Below, in pieces: positions 1 through 12,268 of a stretch of 64,000 nt of DNA. Positions within the stretch are counted from its first letter, which is position 1; each line of letters starts with the position of its first letter. The position numbers and the translations under genes were made by a program. Below the pieces are notes generated by a model, which saw only the letters and a list, made by a program, of their open reading frames with translations, was not told the DNA's origin and did not search any database. Source of the stretch: Marsupella aquatica (Eukaryota > Plantae > Marchantiophyta); assembly GCA_973895155.1 (NCBI GenBank), contig OZ316893.1:10669660-10733659 (forward strand). Reading direction: 5' to 3'.

Positions 1-712
1 CTAATCATCAAGCTTTCTTGGCCACCTTTGCCCCACTCACTCAAGAACTGCTCAACTTGTTCTCTCTGCTCCATTGAAATACCAAATGGAAATAGAATTC
101 TTGGAACCATATGAGCTCTGAAAGGATACATAGTACAAGTTTGGTCACTCCAAATCCAAAAAGAACTCACAACATCTATTAGCACCTTAGACACACATTC
201 CCATTGACAATGTCGTGGTAGCTAAACAATCTTATGCAGCATTGAAGTTTGAATTTTGTGCATGTTTGCCAATGTCTCCTTGTAATCTTTCACCTGGTTC
301 TTCAATGCCTCATAATGTAACCTGTCAAAGCACCAAGGCCATCCCCCTATCTCTTGTATCAATAAACAAATATAATCAAAATCATACTCAGTGCAAAAGC
401 ATGATAGTTTAAAACTTACATACGCAATTCAGAATACTCTCACCAACTAGGCTTTCACACATATGCAATTACAAATGTTACATCACACAATACATTGAAC
501 AAACTAAACTTAAAGAATGGGGGAAAAACATAAAGAATGTAAAAGGGCACCTCAATGGTGACGATTCAGCCTCATCTATGTTATTCTCTCATGTAATATG
601 TGTATGTGCGTCCTCTGGTATGTTCACGTTTCCATTCTTTGTTCTGCGATTTGCTCGTCTTGTATGCCGTTGACAGCCATTCTCTGTCTTGCGGACTCCA
701 TTTCTGAAAGGA

Positions 713-2343
713 TTAGACCACCAGTTGCTCACAGGACGTGGAGTACTCTGTACAAAAGTATCTTATTTTGTGGAAACTTCCTCTGACGATGATCCTATGT
801 TGACTATAAAAGGGGCCCGGGAAAGCAACACAACCGAGTGACTTTGAAAGTCCTTGAAACCCAATCCCCCATCCACCTTGGGTCTTGAGATTTGAGCCCA
901 AGAGACCAGCGACACTCTTCTCCCCCCTTCATTGTTATGACCCACATAAAGTCTCTGCACAAAGCTGTCATCTTCGTGCTAGGCTCGTTGACGCTTTCAT
1001 GAACATAGTATGATAAATTGGTATCGCAAGTAAGATATGCCTGACCAGAAGCGAACGCCCCATGAAAATTAACATCTTATTGGACCAAGAAGATAATCTC
1101 TTGCCAATCATATCTAAGCAAAAGCTTGTAGCTATTTTGTCTTCAAGTCAACCCCCCATGGTGCCCCAAGGTATTTTTGAAGCTTCCCCTAGCATTGATC
1201 ACACAACCTATGTTTCTCAGCCACTCCGGAATAATCAGCATTGCCAGCGGCATCACTATAGATTTATGCAAATTTAGCCTAGCCTTAGTGGCCACCTCAC
1301 AACACTGAATCACCTCTGTTACACGTTGAAAGCTTCTCTCTAAACATCCTCATGTCATCCCACACAGGAATCTACAACAAATTGTAAGTTGTTTGGAAAC
1401 TTGGATTCCATCTAACCATCTTGCCCTAATCTCAGCATCCATGAAGTCCATTAAGGGTTGCATTGAAGTGTCGACAAACAGGAGTGGCGAGAGAGGGCAT
1501 CCCTACCTTACCCCCCCCCGGCATAGACCAATTTCCATAGAGATCATCCCATTCACATAGACCCTCGAGGATGCCTACATCACTAACGTCTGCACAAGCT
1601 TGATAGGGTAGGTAATGGTTTGATGCATGGTTTCCCATATGTAGCTCTGACCTACCCTATCAAAAGCCAAGTTCTCGAAGTCCAACTTAAGGAGTAGCGC
1701 TTCAACTCTCCGATTCTTTGCCCAATCAAACATTAGCCATGCCATGAAGATGTTTTCACGTATATTCTTCTTGGAAGGAATCCAGTTTGTTGACTGAGGG
1801 CCTATCAAGCCATGGTAGGATGCGTATTAGCCTAAGTGCCAAAATCTTGGCAATTAACTTGTATATTGTGTTCAGCATAGTAAGTGGCTCCAATTTCTCA
1901 TAAATTCTTGTAAGATTTCTTTGGGATAAATTTCCCTTCTTTGAGCCCTGCAGCCAGGTTACCTGTCAACCAAAATTCCTGCACCATTGCTACCAGATCG
2001 TCCTGCATAAACTCTTAACATGCTTGATATACTTCCACCGTGTGCCCATCCAGACCGAGAGCCTTATCCCTAGGCAACATCCACATTACTTCTTTTATTT
2101 CCTTATTTGTTGGCAGCCCTTCCAACATAGTTATCTTTGCTATTGTAAGAGCAAACCTCATGTGTGCCAGCATCTTACCTCGCATCTTACCTCTTTCATT
2201 CAACATCTCCACCCTCTCCCCACTGGAAGGCTCCCTTGGTGGATAAAGTTCCAGGCATGTCTTCTTAACTTCCCTCAAGATCATCACCGGATCTGTAATC
2301 TCGTCTCCTCCTTCTAGCATTAGACACTTCATCGCCTCCTTCT
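713..2343 (-). mobile_element. Degenerate L1-type LINE ORF2 (reverse transcriptase region) fragment
   Basis: Frame-shifted minus-strand peptides with LINE RT motifs: LPRDKALGLDGHTVEVYQAC (KAPGPDG), LLLKLDFENLAFDRV (KLDFEKAFDRV), VSLVSWAQISRPKVDGGLGFKDF. Confidence 0.85.
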
Positions 2344-2678
2344 TGTAGAGGTTAACTCAGTCTTGGGTTGAACTATGGTCAGTATGTTAACCAGGGTTTG
2401 CTCTAACCCTAGTTGAAGAGATTGGTCCTTATCTCTTCAACTTCTATGTGGTGTGAGAACACACAAAAGAGTTCTCAAGAGAGAACAGATATATAGCATA
2501 TAGTAAGAGATGAGAGCTATGGTGATGCTTGAGTAGACATATAACCGTTAATAAAACGTTGTCTTCCCGTGGACGTAGCCGACCTTGAGGCAAACCACGT
2601 AACTATTGAGCAAGTGTATGTTTGGAGTGTTTTTCTTGATCTGATTTCTCCCCACACCTCTCACGTTTAGCCTTAACA
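2344..2678 (+). repeat. Copia-type solo LTR-like remnant
   Basis: TG...CA ends (tgtagag...ttaaca); AATAAA followed by CCCGTGGACGTAGCC...AACCACGTAA, a motif also present in the other copia LTRs of this window; no TSD found. Confidence 0.55.
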
Positions 2679-5600
2679 ATCACCGTCACAAACTTAGCCG
2701 CTGTAAATTGATTTCTTTGATTACGTTGCCATCACTTGCCTACAACGCTTGCTTCCCGACTTGAATTGTTTGCGTCCCTCCAATCTTCAACCAAAGCTCA
2801 CTCTGAACACAGGTTGACGCCAAATGCAGCCTTTATGTCAAAGGAACAATCGCTGGTCTCCCTCTCACACCATAGTTTTCTTAAATAAAGAAACTATAAA
2901 ACCTTCATGTAAAGTGATGGCTCATCCGTTTTGTGCGTTCTTCCCACCAAAATGACAAATGCTCTTTTGCCAACAGTTGAGTGTTGTCCTCCAATCTATC
3001 TTGTGGCGGTAATGCTCAACGTAACTCATAATCAATCAATCATGAATGGTAGAAACATGATTTCTCCAATTTGTAAGCGAAAACTGTCAAAAAACTCAAT
3101 TTGTCCACATTCAACTTTCCGTTTGATAAACCAAAGAGATAATCTCAACCATGACTATCGGGAGACTCCAAACCATTGGTTACTCCTTGCTGAAAATTGA
3201 TTTCAGTTGATCGCACACGTACACATTCCTTGGATGAACACGGGGTCCACGGATTAATTGTTGTACCTAACCCCTAAGTTCTGGAATAAAGTGTTGCAGG
3301 ATATGTGCAATTGAGAAATGATATTTGATTTTTCAAGGTCTGGACTTGCTTGTTCAAATGATTTCTGCCAAGAGAGTCATGACACTTGTATTTAGAGATA
3401 AACCCTCCATTTGGGTCTGGACTATCTAAACCCTCTATTGTCAATACAAGTTTTTACATTTACAGGAGATCAGGGTCATTGCAATCTCTACCCTAAATTA
3501 TAAAGGACAAATGACCATTGGTCACTCGCTACCCTTGACAAACTACCATATTTACTAGTGTTACTTAGGGTAGAGACAATTAACTAAACTTATATAGTCA
3601 CTCATGTATCTCCAATAATTTTTATTTAATACATTGTTACATTCTATTTATTGATGCTTTTTTAGACTATATAATAATAATGATACTATATATTATAATA
3701 ATGTAAATTTATATTATATAAATATTAATTAATTATAAATGACTGTTTAGTTCTTCAATAATTTGGGTTTAAGAAGTGTAATTTTAGACCACAAAAAGTG
3801 TATATTTTGGGCAAAATTTGTGTAATTTTGGGGATCAAACTTTTGGACTCTAAACATTTCAGTTTTAATGAATAGAGTGATCCTAATAAAGATGAACAAT
3901 GTAGTATATTACTACAGACAACAAAGTAAAGGGCACCGGAAGGTGCATGACTATGTAGCCAAAGCACCACTGAGAAGGCTACAAACTCTGGGGCTGTTCA
4001 CGGTAACTCAGGTAGTTGTAGAATGCAAGTAACATAAAGTTTACTCTTATGAGTAGAAAAACCTCACTTCACTCGCAAAGTTTAATCCCTAGCTACCTAA
4101 ACCTGGTTAGTAAAATCCAAATTTGAGACTCTTATTTTGTCTAGCAAACATGCTAGCCCTCTCGAGTCTTAAAACTGCACTAAAAATATAAAAATAAAAT
4201 GAAACAAAAAACCACTAGTGAGTTGCTAAGAACACTCTCCTTGCTACCAAAATTCTTGTTTGCTTGCATCATACAATACCTCAAGCCCAATTGGCCGGCT
4301 AAGCTTCCAGATTCTTCTCTATCCCCATTCTTTGGGTATCAACCCTCTAAATTTATGGACTACAAAAAAATCATAATCCATAACTTTTGCCATAAAGCTT
4401 GGTTATGTGCCATGACCTTAAGTCACTATAAAGGGTAGTGAAAAATAAGCAAACTTTCACATAACCCTAGCTGTGAAAAAGCTATGGTCAAAATCCATGA
4501 TCTCTAACATGTGATCTCTACCTACTGTGATCTCTACCTTAAACCACAGCTGCCCCTTCAAGAGCAGGGTAGCAGCCAGTTTTCACTTTTAAGAGTTAAT
4601 TTTCCAAAATAGTGGAGCAAAGGGGCACCTTAGAGGAAATAAGTGAGTGGGATGGGGAAAAAGGGAAAAATCTTGACAACTTCCCCCTCGTATGTGGGCA
4701 GCTGTGGTTTCATTAACAGTTACTCCTCCTTCACTAAACTAAACGCCACATTACGATTAATCAGACGAAGCAAATTGAGTCTTTGATTAGAGTTAGGAAG
4801 ATTGTAAAAAAGGCTCTCACTAGACGCCTACGAAGTAACAACTGGGATGCTCTGGGAATACAATAATACAGGAAATCATTGATAAGTCCCCTCAAACAAT
4901 GATGGGCCCAATGATAGCCACTCACGCGTCGGTCTGAGAAAATGACAAACCAGTAAGGTACACTTATCCTACGCGAATGAGTCCACGTCTAACTATACCT
5001 ACTCAATGTCACTTGAGACAAGACGAACCCAGTCATCCAGATCTCCTCACAAAGCTGAATCCCGGGAGACTCAATTATTGTTACCCATTTTTGTGTGTTT
5101 TCAATCATTAGCCAAGGTGGCTTGTTTTTGACCATTAGCCAATGTGCCTACTATTTACCCTGAGACAAGCACGGGTGGGGTTATGGAGTATTTTACTTTA
5201 ATTATGCAATACTGTCTGATTGTTGTACAGTATTTCCTGGCACTTCCCATAGTGCATGAGGTGGTGGCCAATGAAACATAATATTTTAAGTTTAAGCCTG
5301 TTAATTTTTGCCCACAAAACAATGGCTGGTGCTGCTCCTCAAAGTTATCAGTCCATCAAGCACAGAAGACAATCATGAAGGTGCTCACAGTCCATGGGGT
5401 TGGCATGGTTCACGTATTTGGTCTAAGGAAGCATCGTTGGGAATGGGAGGTCAAATTTTGGCTCTGGTTGCCAGGTTGTTTTTAATTATTTATTAGGTTC
5501 CAGGTGACAAAACATCCGGCTCTCGCTCACTGCTTCTCCACAAAGCAGTGTTTTTAACAGTTGCAATGTGTTGAAGACCCTTGTGAGCAAGATGCCCCAA

Positions 5601-6567
5601 GACCTGGGTAAGATGGGCAGTCACAAGGGTCCTATTAAGTCTTCATGGCATCTTGCTGTACTTAATGCCAGAGGGGTCTTGTTAAGTCATTTTTTGGCAT
5701 TAACACTACTTAAAACCTTTGACACATTAAATTGTATTTGAAATTGGTTCACATTTTGGTCACTCAATCCTTGAAGTTTTGCTAAGTACAGGATCCTGTT
5801 CCTTGGCATATAAAGTCACCCATATAGTCTCCCCGGCATGCGCGGGTTATTCGGTTGCCTTTATATTCCATTGTGGGACAGGTCCCGTCCTTAACCATAT
5901 AAGTTTTGGCCATAGTGAAGAAAAGGACTGTGTCCCTGTCTCCCATTAGCTGGTTTTGCACCAAGCCACAAACCCCAGTTGCCAGAACTAACAGCCATCC
6001 TGAAATTTAGGGAGATCTAGCGGCCAGAAAATAATCAAGGAAACTCAGACCAGGAACATTCCTAGCATCTTCTTTGGCACTAGCAAAAGAGTAAAAAACC
6101 AAAGATTTGGCTACTACAAAGGCCTCGTCGAAATTGGACGGTCACGATGATGAAGAAAAGGGGTTAGGTCCATGAGAGCATCATCGGGAGGTCGAGTTTT
6201 GGCGCTGGGCGCCAATTTGTTTTAAATTAATTTATTATTTTGCCATCTCCAGCAGCAACGAAACATCTGGCTCTCGCTTACTACCTCGCCACGAAGGCCT
6301 CATCGACATTCGACGGTCACGATGAATACAGGGAAAATCTTTCCGTGCAATCTCGGAATTCGTCGACACAAACAGACTACAGTAAAGCTTCTTTTATGGC
6401 GTTTCCCAGACGGAGCAAAGGTAACGAAAGCATCGTTCGAACTTCGAAGAGTGGTCCGTAATTTCACAATCCATTCGGACGATTGTATCGGTGAGTAGCT
6501 GCGGAATTTCTCGAGCGCTTCACACTCCGAGCAGCGCGGGAGGGAGTAGTCTTATCGAACTGAAGAA

Positions 6568-8686
6568 ATGGCCACGGCGGTGGCGGGTTGTGTTTCTCCG
6601 TGCACCCAAATTGCACGATCACCTTCAGCTTCCGGCGGACCCATCGACAGTCGAAGGAGCGCTAGTCGTCTTGCTTTTCCAGTAGTGCGTTCGAATCGTC
6701 TGTGTTGCGGGTGGTCGCGAATTGTCGATGGTGAAGCAATTGGATTCAGGCGGGCATCGTCCGCGCTTGTGGTAAGAGCGACACTAGCAGCGACGGGGGA
6801 AGCTCCTGCGAAGCCGGAGGTTGCTGGATTGAAAGCGGATCTGTTGGTGAGTTGGATGTTGTTGATTTGGACTCTGGTCTCGTTTCTGATTTGGTATTGT
6901 TGTGCATGAAGTGCATGTTTCTCTGCTCTCTTCGCTACTAGCTGCGTTTAACATGAGCGAGTGGCAAAGGTGCACTGCACGGTCTTGTTTGAAGAGCCAT
7001 TGGATCATTGCTTAGCATCAGCGGTGACACCGGGCACAAAATGTGAATCGGAATTATAGCAACAGCAGATCCTGAGGCTGTAGAAGTTCTTTCTATGGGA
7101 CAACACTGGCTAATTCTACTGACAAACTAAAATGCATGCTCTGTGTGAATTCGGGACTTCTCTAACATGGCTGGCTAAGAATGTTACCCTATGAGGAACA
7201 TTCGTGTCAATGTCACGGATTTGAGTTTGATGAATTCTGATTATTCCATTATGTAAAATTTTCATCTTGTTCTAAGCAACTACTGACCTAAGAAGTGGAA
7301 CCTTTGAAGGTTGCTTTTGTTCTTTGCCACTTTTGTCAAGGATGTGCTTTTCACCAAGCTTGCATATTGTTTAATTGTTTTGATGTTTCGAACATATTGT
7401 GACTAGTGATATGTGGTGTAGGCTGCGGTGGCAGGGCTTGACAGGGGACTGGTAGCAACAAAGGCGGATGAGGATCTTGCGGATTCGTTGGCGCTCAAGT
7501 TAGAAGGTGCAGGTGACACTATAGTGCTACCCGATGACCTCGATAAGCTTCAAGGAAGGTGGCGCCTCATTTTCAGCAGTGGCTTCAATACAGGCAGTTT
7601 GGGTGGCCAGCGTCCAGGCCCTAGCATCTCTCGGTTGCCCTTGGTATCGATTGGCTTGGTATGTCCTGGAAAAGATTTTTGTTATCTGCCTGCAAAGCTA
7701 ATTAGCCGGAGCTGAGGGTTTAAGTTGATAGCAAATATGTGCTGACATTATTTTCTTACAAATGTTCCAGTCGGACTCTAGTGTCATAAGGAGAGCTGAA
7801 AGTTTGAGGTGGATAGCGAAATATAGGCCATTCCTTCAATTGCTGGAGAACGTTGTTGTCAACTCTTTTTCCCGCTTTGGTGCTACCTTTACGCTTTTAT
7901 TCAATACCCAGTACAACGTGCTTGTTTGATGCTTTTGCATTCAAGTAGGGGACAGAAATGCAATACCTGTATCTAGTTATCAATGACCTGTATCTACAAG
8001 AGCATCGTCATCAAGTCAGGTGATTTGTATTTTTATTATCTCACAAACTGCTAATTTGTTTGCAGGTGTATCAGAGAATCGATGTGGCAACCCGCGAGCT
8101 TGATAATATTGTGGATTTGAATATTCCTGCACCTTGGCCTTTTCCCCCAATTCAGGTTACAGCTACTCTGGCTCACAGCTTTGAGCTAACAGGTAAACAC
8201 CTTGACGCGGCATTCTACCTAAACAGATGTGAAAGCTATTCGACTTCATCTAAACTTGCGCTGACTGGATACTTTATCATGGTAGATTGGAAGGATGAAA
8301 CAGCTTGGGAGGCTATGCAATTTCTATTTTTCTCGGTGAAAGTCTTTAGACAAATATATTCTGAAGAAGGTTATCGTCGTGTAGCCCGTGAGGGTGCTCT
8401 GCTAATTCGGAGTGGGTTTTTGTTATGCATGCCAATAATGAATGTTGTGGCATGTTTTTGTTCAGGAGGGTCAAATATCACTATTACTTTTGAAAAGACA
8501 ATTATAAAACCAGCAGGTGGTTTGTCAAGTGTGCCTCCTTTCGAATTACCACAGATCCAGATACCCGACTTTGTCAGGACCCCTCGAGGTACTGGTAGTG
8601 GAGAATTTTCAACGACCTACATTGACAAGGATCTTCGAATCAGTCGAGGTGACAGGGGGGAGCTTCGCATCTTCGTCAGGTCATAG
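6568..8686 (+). CDS. FBN4: Plastid fibrillin / PAP, FBN4-like (harpin-binding protein type); exons 6568-6846, 7422-7658, 8066-8192, 8466-8686 (287 aa)
   Basis: GT-AG introns join in frame; transit-peptide-like N-terminus; GLDRGLVA, DLDKLQGRWRLIFSS, APWPFPP..TATLAHSFEL and TYIDKDLRISRGDRGELRIF match FBN4. Confidence 0.93.
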
Positions 8687-10306
8687 GGCATGTTAAGTTT
8701 CAGGATAAGTTTCCAATACTGTAAATAAAAATTAGTGTACCAAAGTTCTGGTTTGGAAATTGATGATTCATGTCTGAAGAAGTTACTGAAAATAATCCTG
8801 TTCGGTGGAGTGTATATTTCAAGATTGGTTTGAATAAAGGGACGTATTGTCTGTAATTGTTATGTGACTACGCTCCACATATATTTCTAGGAGACGCACA
8901 TGTCTGCTGCACCAGAGCATGAAGGTTCTCTTTCCAAGTTTTTCCTGGCTCTAGCAACGTCCTTGGTTTTCTTCTTCGTTATTGAAGAACGGTGGGTAGT
9001 AGAGTACACTACTTCCTTAGTCGAGAGTTAGTCTCGTAGGGGCGCGGCCTTATCATCTAGATCGTTCTGCTCTGCGTTTACAGTCGAAGTACTCCATCGA
9101 GCAGTAGCCCAGAATAAAAGCATTGCACCACCCTGAGCTGATTAGGACTTCAGTTGATCTCTAGAATTTCATGGTTGGCCGAATTGTGAGTGCTATCCAT
9201 GGCTGTTCGAATTATTTTGCTGCGTCATACTGCCAAACAGGGAAAGCAGAGTAGACACGTCTGCCTCCTTATTTATTCAAATGAGTAAGATGTGCACAGT
9301 TTGCTTCATTAATTAGCTGACTCGTTCAGACTTCTCCCGAAGACACAGTTGAAAGAAAAAAATCACAGCCCTGTGCATTTTGTACATACCCAATTTGACC
9401 TTCGATACCCAATTTGATCTTCGAGTATACATCTGCTCTGTCAACGCCGGTCTTCACCCAGACGGTATTATTGAAAAGACGAGAAAATGAAGACCTCTCC
9501 AACGACGCTCTGAGCCATCTCTGCAAATTAGGTTTCTCTAGCTAGCTACTCAGCCGTACTACAGTCGCTCAACGTACGCACCGAGGTCAGAAGACTCGAC
9601 GCATTGGACTGATTGGAGGTGATGAATCCGTGTCAAAGGCATTTCCGCGTGTACTCCGTACCTCGTATGTGTGCAAGAAAAGGCCCAAATTAATGCTGGC
9701 GGCTCCGTAACACCCTCTGGATACCTCACCGCGAATCAGTCATGCCTTCCCGTCGTCCAGTTGGCTGGCCACTTGGCAAGGCGGCGTGATGCCCTTTTGA
9801 CTAGGTTATGGTCCTTGAGTATAGGAAGTGGCACCTTGCCACTTACTCCATATTAGTCATGTATGGGAGACGTGTAGGTGTAGAATGCTACAGGATGACT
9901 ACTGGAAGCTCCTAGAAAGTGACCTCTCCTGGGTTTTGAGATTCGTCGCTAGATTGTTGAGCGAAATCCCATCTCTTTCTTGAGAAACGCTCTTTGGTGA
10001 CTAGTGGTCGAGACGCATTCTCCGCGCCTGTTCTCTTTCGCCAGCACCGCGGTCGGCCCAACCGCGCCTGCCCTACGGGGAGATGCTGAAGAGAAACCCC
10101 AAGTACAAACTGGCCGGTCCAGAGCAACATCCCTGCTAGGAAGAATCTGTTTGCAGGTGTTTGGGGACTCCCCTTCTGGTGGCTACTTTAGTGGTGTTTT
10201 GTTACTCGAGCAAGAAGAGTATACTTGATTGATTGGTAGCACGAAGGCTGCAGGAGCGAGTTTTGTAGGTGTTGGGCGCTCGGAGAGGATCTGCAGGTGT
10301 TGCAGT

Positions 10307-10810
10307 ATGTCAGACAGCCAAGCCAGTTTACTGCTTCGGAAGCAGCTCAAAGATCTCTACAGACATCCAGTCGACGGCTTCTCAGCGGGGCTTGTAGATG
10401 ATTCGAATGTGTTCGAGTGGAATGTCACTATCATTGGACCCCCAGAGACGCTTTACGAAGGTGGCTATTTCAATGCGATTATGAGTTTTCCATCGAATTA
10501 TCCGAACAGTCCTCCATCGGTTAGGTTTACCTCGGAAATGTGGCATCCAAACGTCTACCCGGATGGGCGTGTCTGTATCTCTATCTTACATGCGCCCGGA
10601 GACGATCCAACTGGTTACGAGTTAGCGAGTGAGCGGTGGACTCCTGTTCACACTGTAGAAACAATACTCTTGAGCATTATTTCTATGTTATCTAGTCCAA
10701 ATGACGAATCGCCTGCCAACATAGATGCTGCCAAGGAGTGGAGAGAAACCAAGGACGAATTCAAGCGGAAAGTGAGCCGGATTGTCAGGCGGTCTCAGGA
10801 AGTGTTGTAA
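10307..10810 (+). CDS. UBC7: Ubiquitin-conjugating enzyme E2, UBC7/13/14 (UBE2G1) type, 167 aa, intronless CDS
   Basis: MSDSQASLLLRKQL..., WHPNVYPDGRVCISILH (catalytic Cys), acidic insertion APGDDPTGYELASERW, PNDESPANIDAA. Confidence 0.95.
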   Translation: MSDSQASLLLRKQLKDLYRHPVDGFSAGLVDDSNVFEWNVTIIGPPETLYEGGYFNAIMSFPSNYPNSPPSVRFTSEMWHPNVYPDGRVCISILHAPGDDPTGYELASERWTPVHTVETILLSIISMLSSPNDESPANIDAAKEWRETKDEFKRKVSRIVRRSQEVL

Positions 10811-12268
10811 ATCAGTCGAGATCTGGTGAATAATATTAGGGCTGCAAGTGAGAGTGGCAATTTTTCGATGGCACCCTAGGCTTTCTTGATCGCTCTTGTG
10901 CATCTGTTTTTGGAGTGGTGCCTTGTTCTTAAGGGTATCTCAGGCTGTTACTTATGAGAGTATTTGTGGGCACCTCCTCTCGGAATCACTTGAGTTGGGA
11001 AACTGTGAAAATTACTTTAGGTAGACATAATAGTTGTGCCAGAAGAGCTGGTCCCAAATTGTATTGAATTTTCACCCAAAAAATTGGGGCAGGTGCTTAT
11101 CCAAGACTTGAGAGGAAGAGTATTTTGTGATCGTTGATGATTCGGTGCCTTGTGCAATGGCTAGATAATTATACTCTACGCATGGAAATTCAATAGACTC
11201 CAGTCAACACGGCAAAAACCATATTGTTTTTTCACATAGACGAGAATTAGGGCAGACTTTGAGAGCACGAGACAGTCATGATTATAAAGTATGATGCAAA
11301 GGGTTTGTTAGAAACATAGGAGATAAAGTCACCCGTCACATTCTCTAACAAACTCCCTTACCCATGACGAAGGGACATAGAAGCCACTTCGATTCTTAAT
11401 ATTCAACACACTAGTGGGGCTGGCAGTAGTACGATGAGAAACTGTAGAAAACCCTAGATTCTTGAAACAGAGGTATGGTTCGAAGGAAAACTCTTCCAAC
11501 ACCATTTTTCCTTTGCGATCAACAATATGGTAAACCCTGGTGGCCTCCTGTGTGTACACTCTTCTGTTCTTTTGCAACGTTCACTAAACAAATCTTTCAT
11601 GGCAACATGTAAAGTTGTTGGGCCCCCCAAGAAAAAGCTCTTCAACACCGTTCTTGCCTGATGCTGGCACAGTTCTTTCTCCTAGGACGACTTTACCTCA
11701 TGAGAGCTGTGTTCTAACGGTTTCAACCGTGGACCACGAACAGGAACGATTAAAGAATTTATCGTTGTTCCTGGTGCAAACCGAATTTTGCCGAATGTCC
11801 GGCAAAGGTACGTGCGATAGCGGCCTGAGCTATTGTGAACAGAGAACATCGTCTGAAGAATTGCGGTTTGTCTTTCAATGCTTTGATTTGTTCTGCAGGG
11901 GAATTTGGCAGAGGGTTGAGTGCACAGCAATTCTGAGTCGTTACGGGGAGGGGGGCCGAGAAGTTATCAATTTCGAAAAGGACTCTTGGCGATCTGCGCA
12001 GGTACTTAATTCCGAGCCTTGTCTACCAAAAAGTTCGGTGCAGACACTTCTTCAGGTGCGAGCTGTGTCTGCTGAGAGCAGCCCCCAAGTATACGAAGGC
12101 GAGATCGTCGAAATCAGAATGTTGAGGGTGAATGTTATTTTAACCAGGCGGGCATTGATCGAGTCCACTGCTTTCCTTCAGCGCTGCGTTTCTCGCGCGT
12201 TATCTCAAGAGCAGGCAATCACCGGTATGTCAACTTTCGAGAACACTACCTTGTAATGTAGTCGATTT

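Noticed and set aside
8060-8686. 208-aa ORF as a single exon
   Set aside because: It reads through intron 8193-8465 of FBN4; the intervening peptide is not fibrillin-like.
10229-10306. N-terminal extension of UBC7 in the ORF track
   Set aside because: It starts at TTG; homology begins at the ATG at 10307.
11329-12256. ORFs of 82-213 aa between UBC7 and the Vps62-like gene
   Set aside because: No recognisable domain; RYRTYLCRTF lacks the remaining CCCH ligands.
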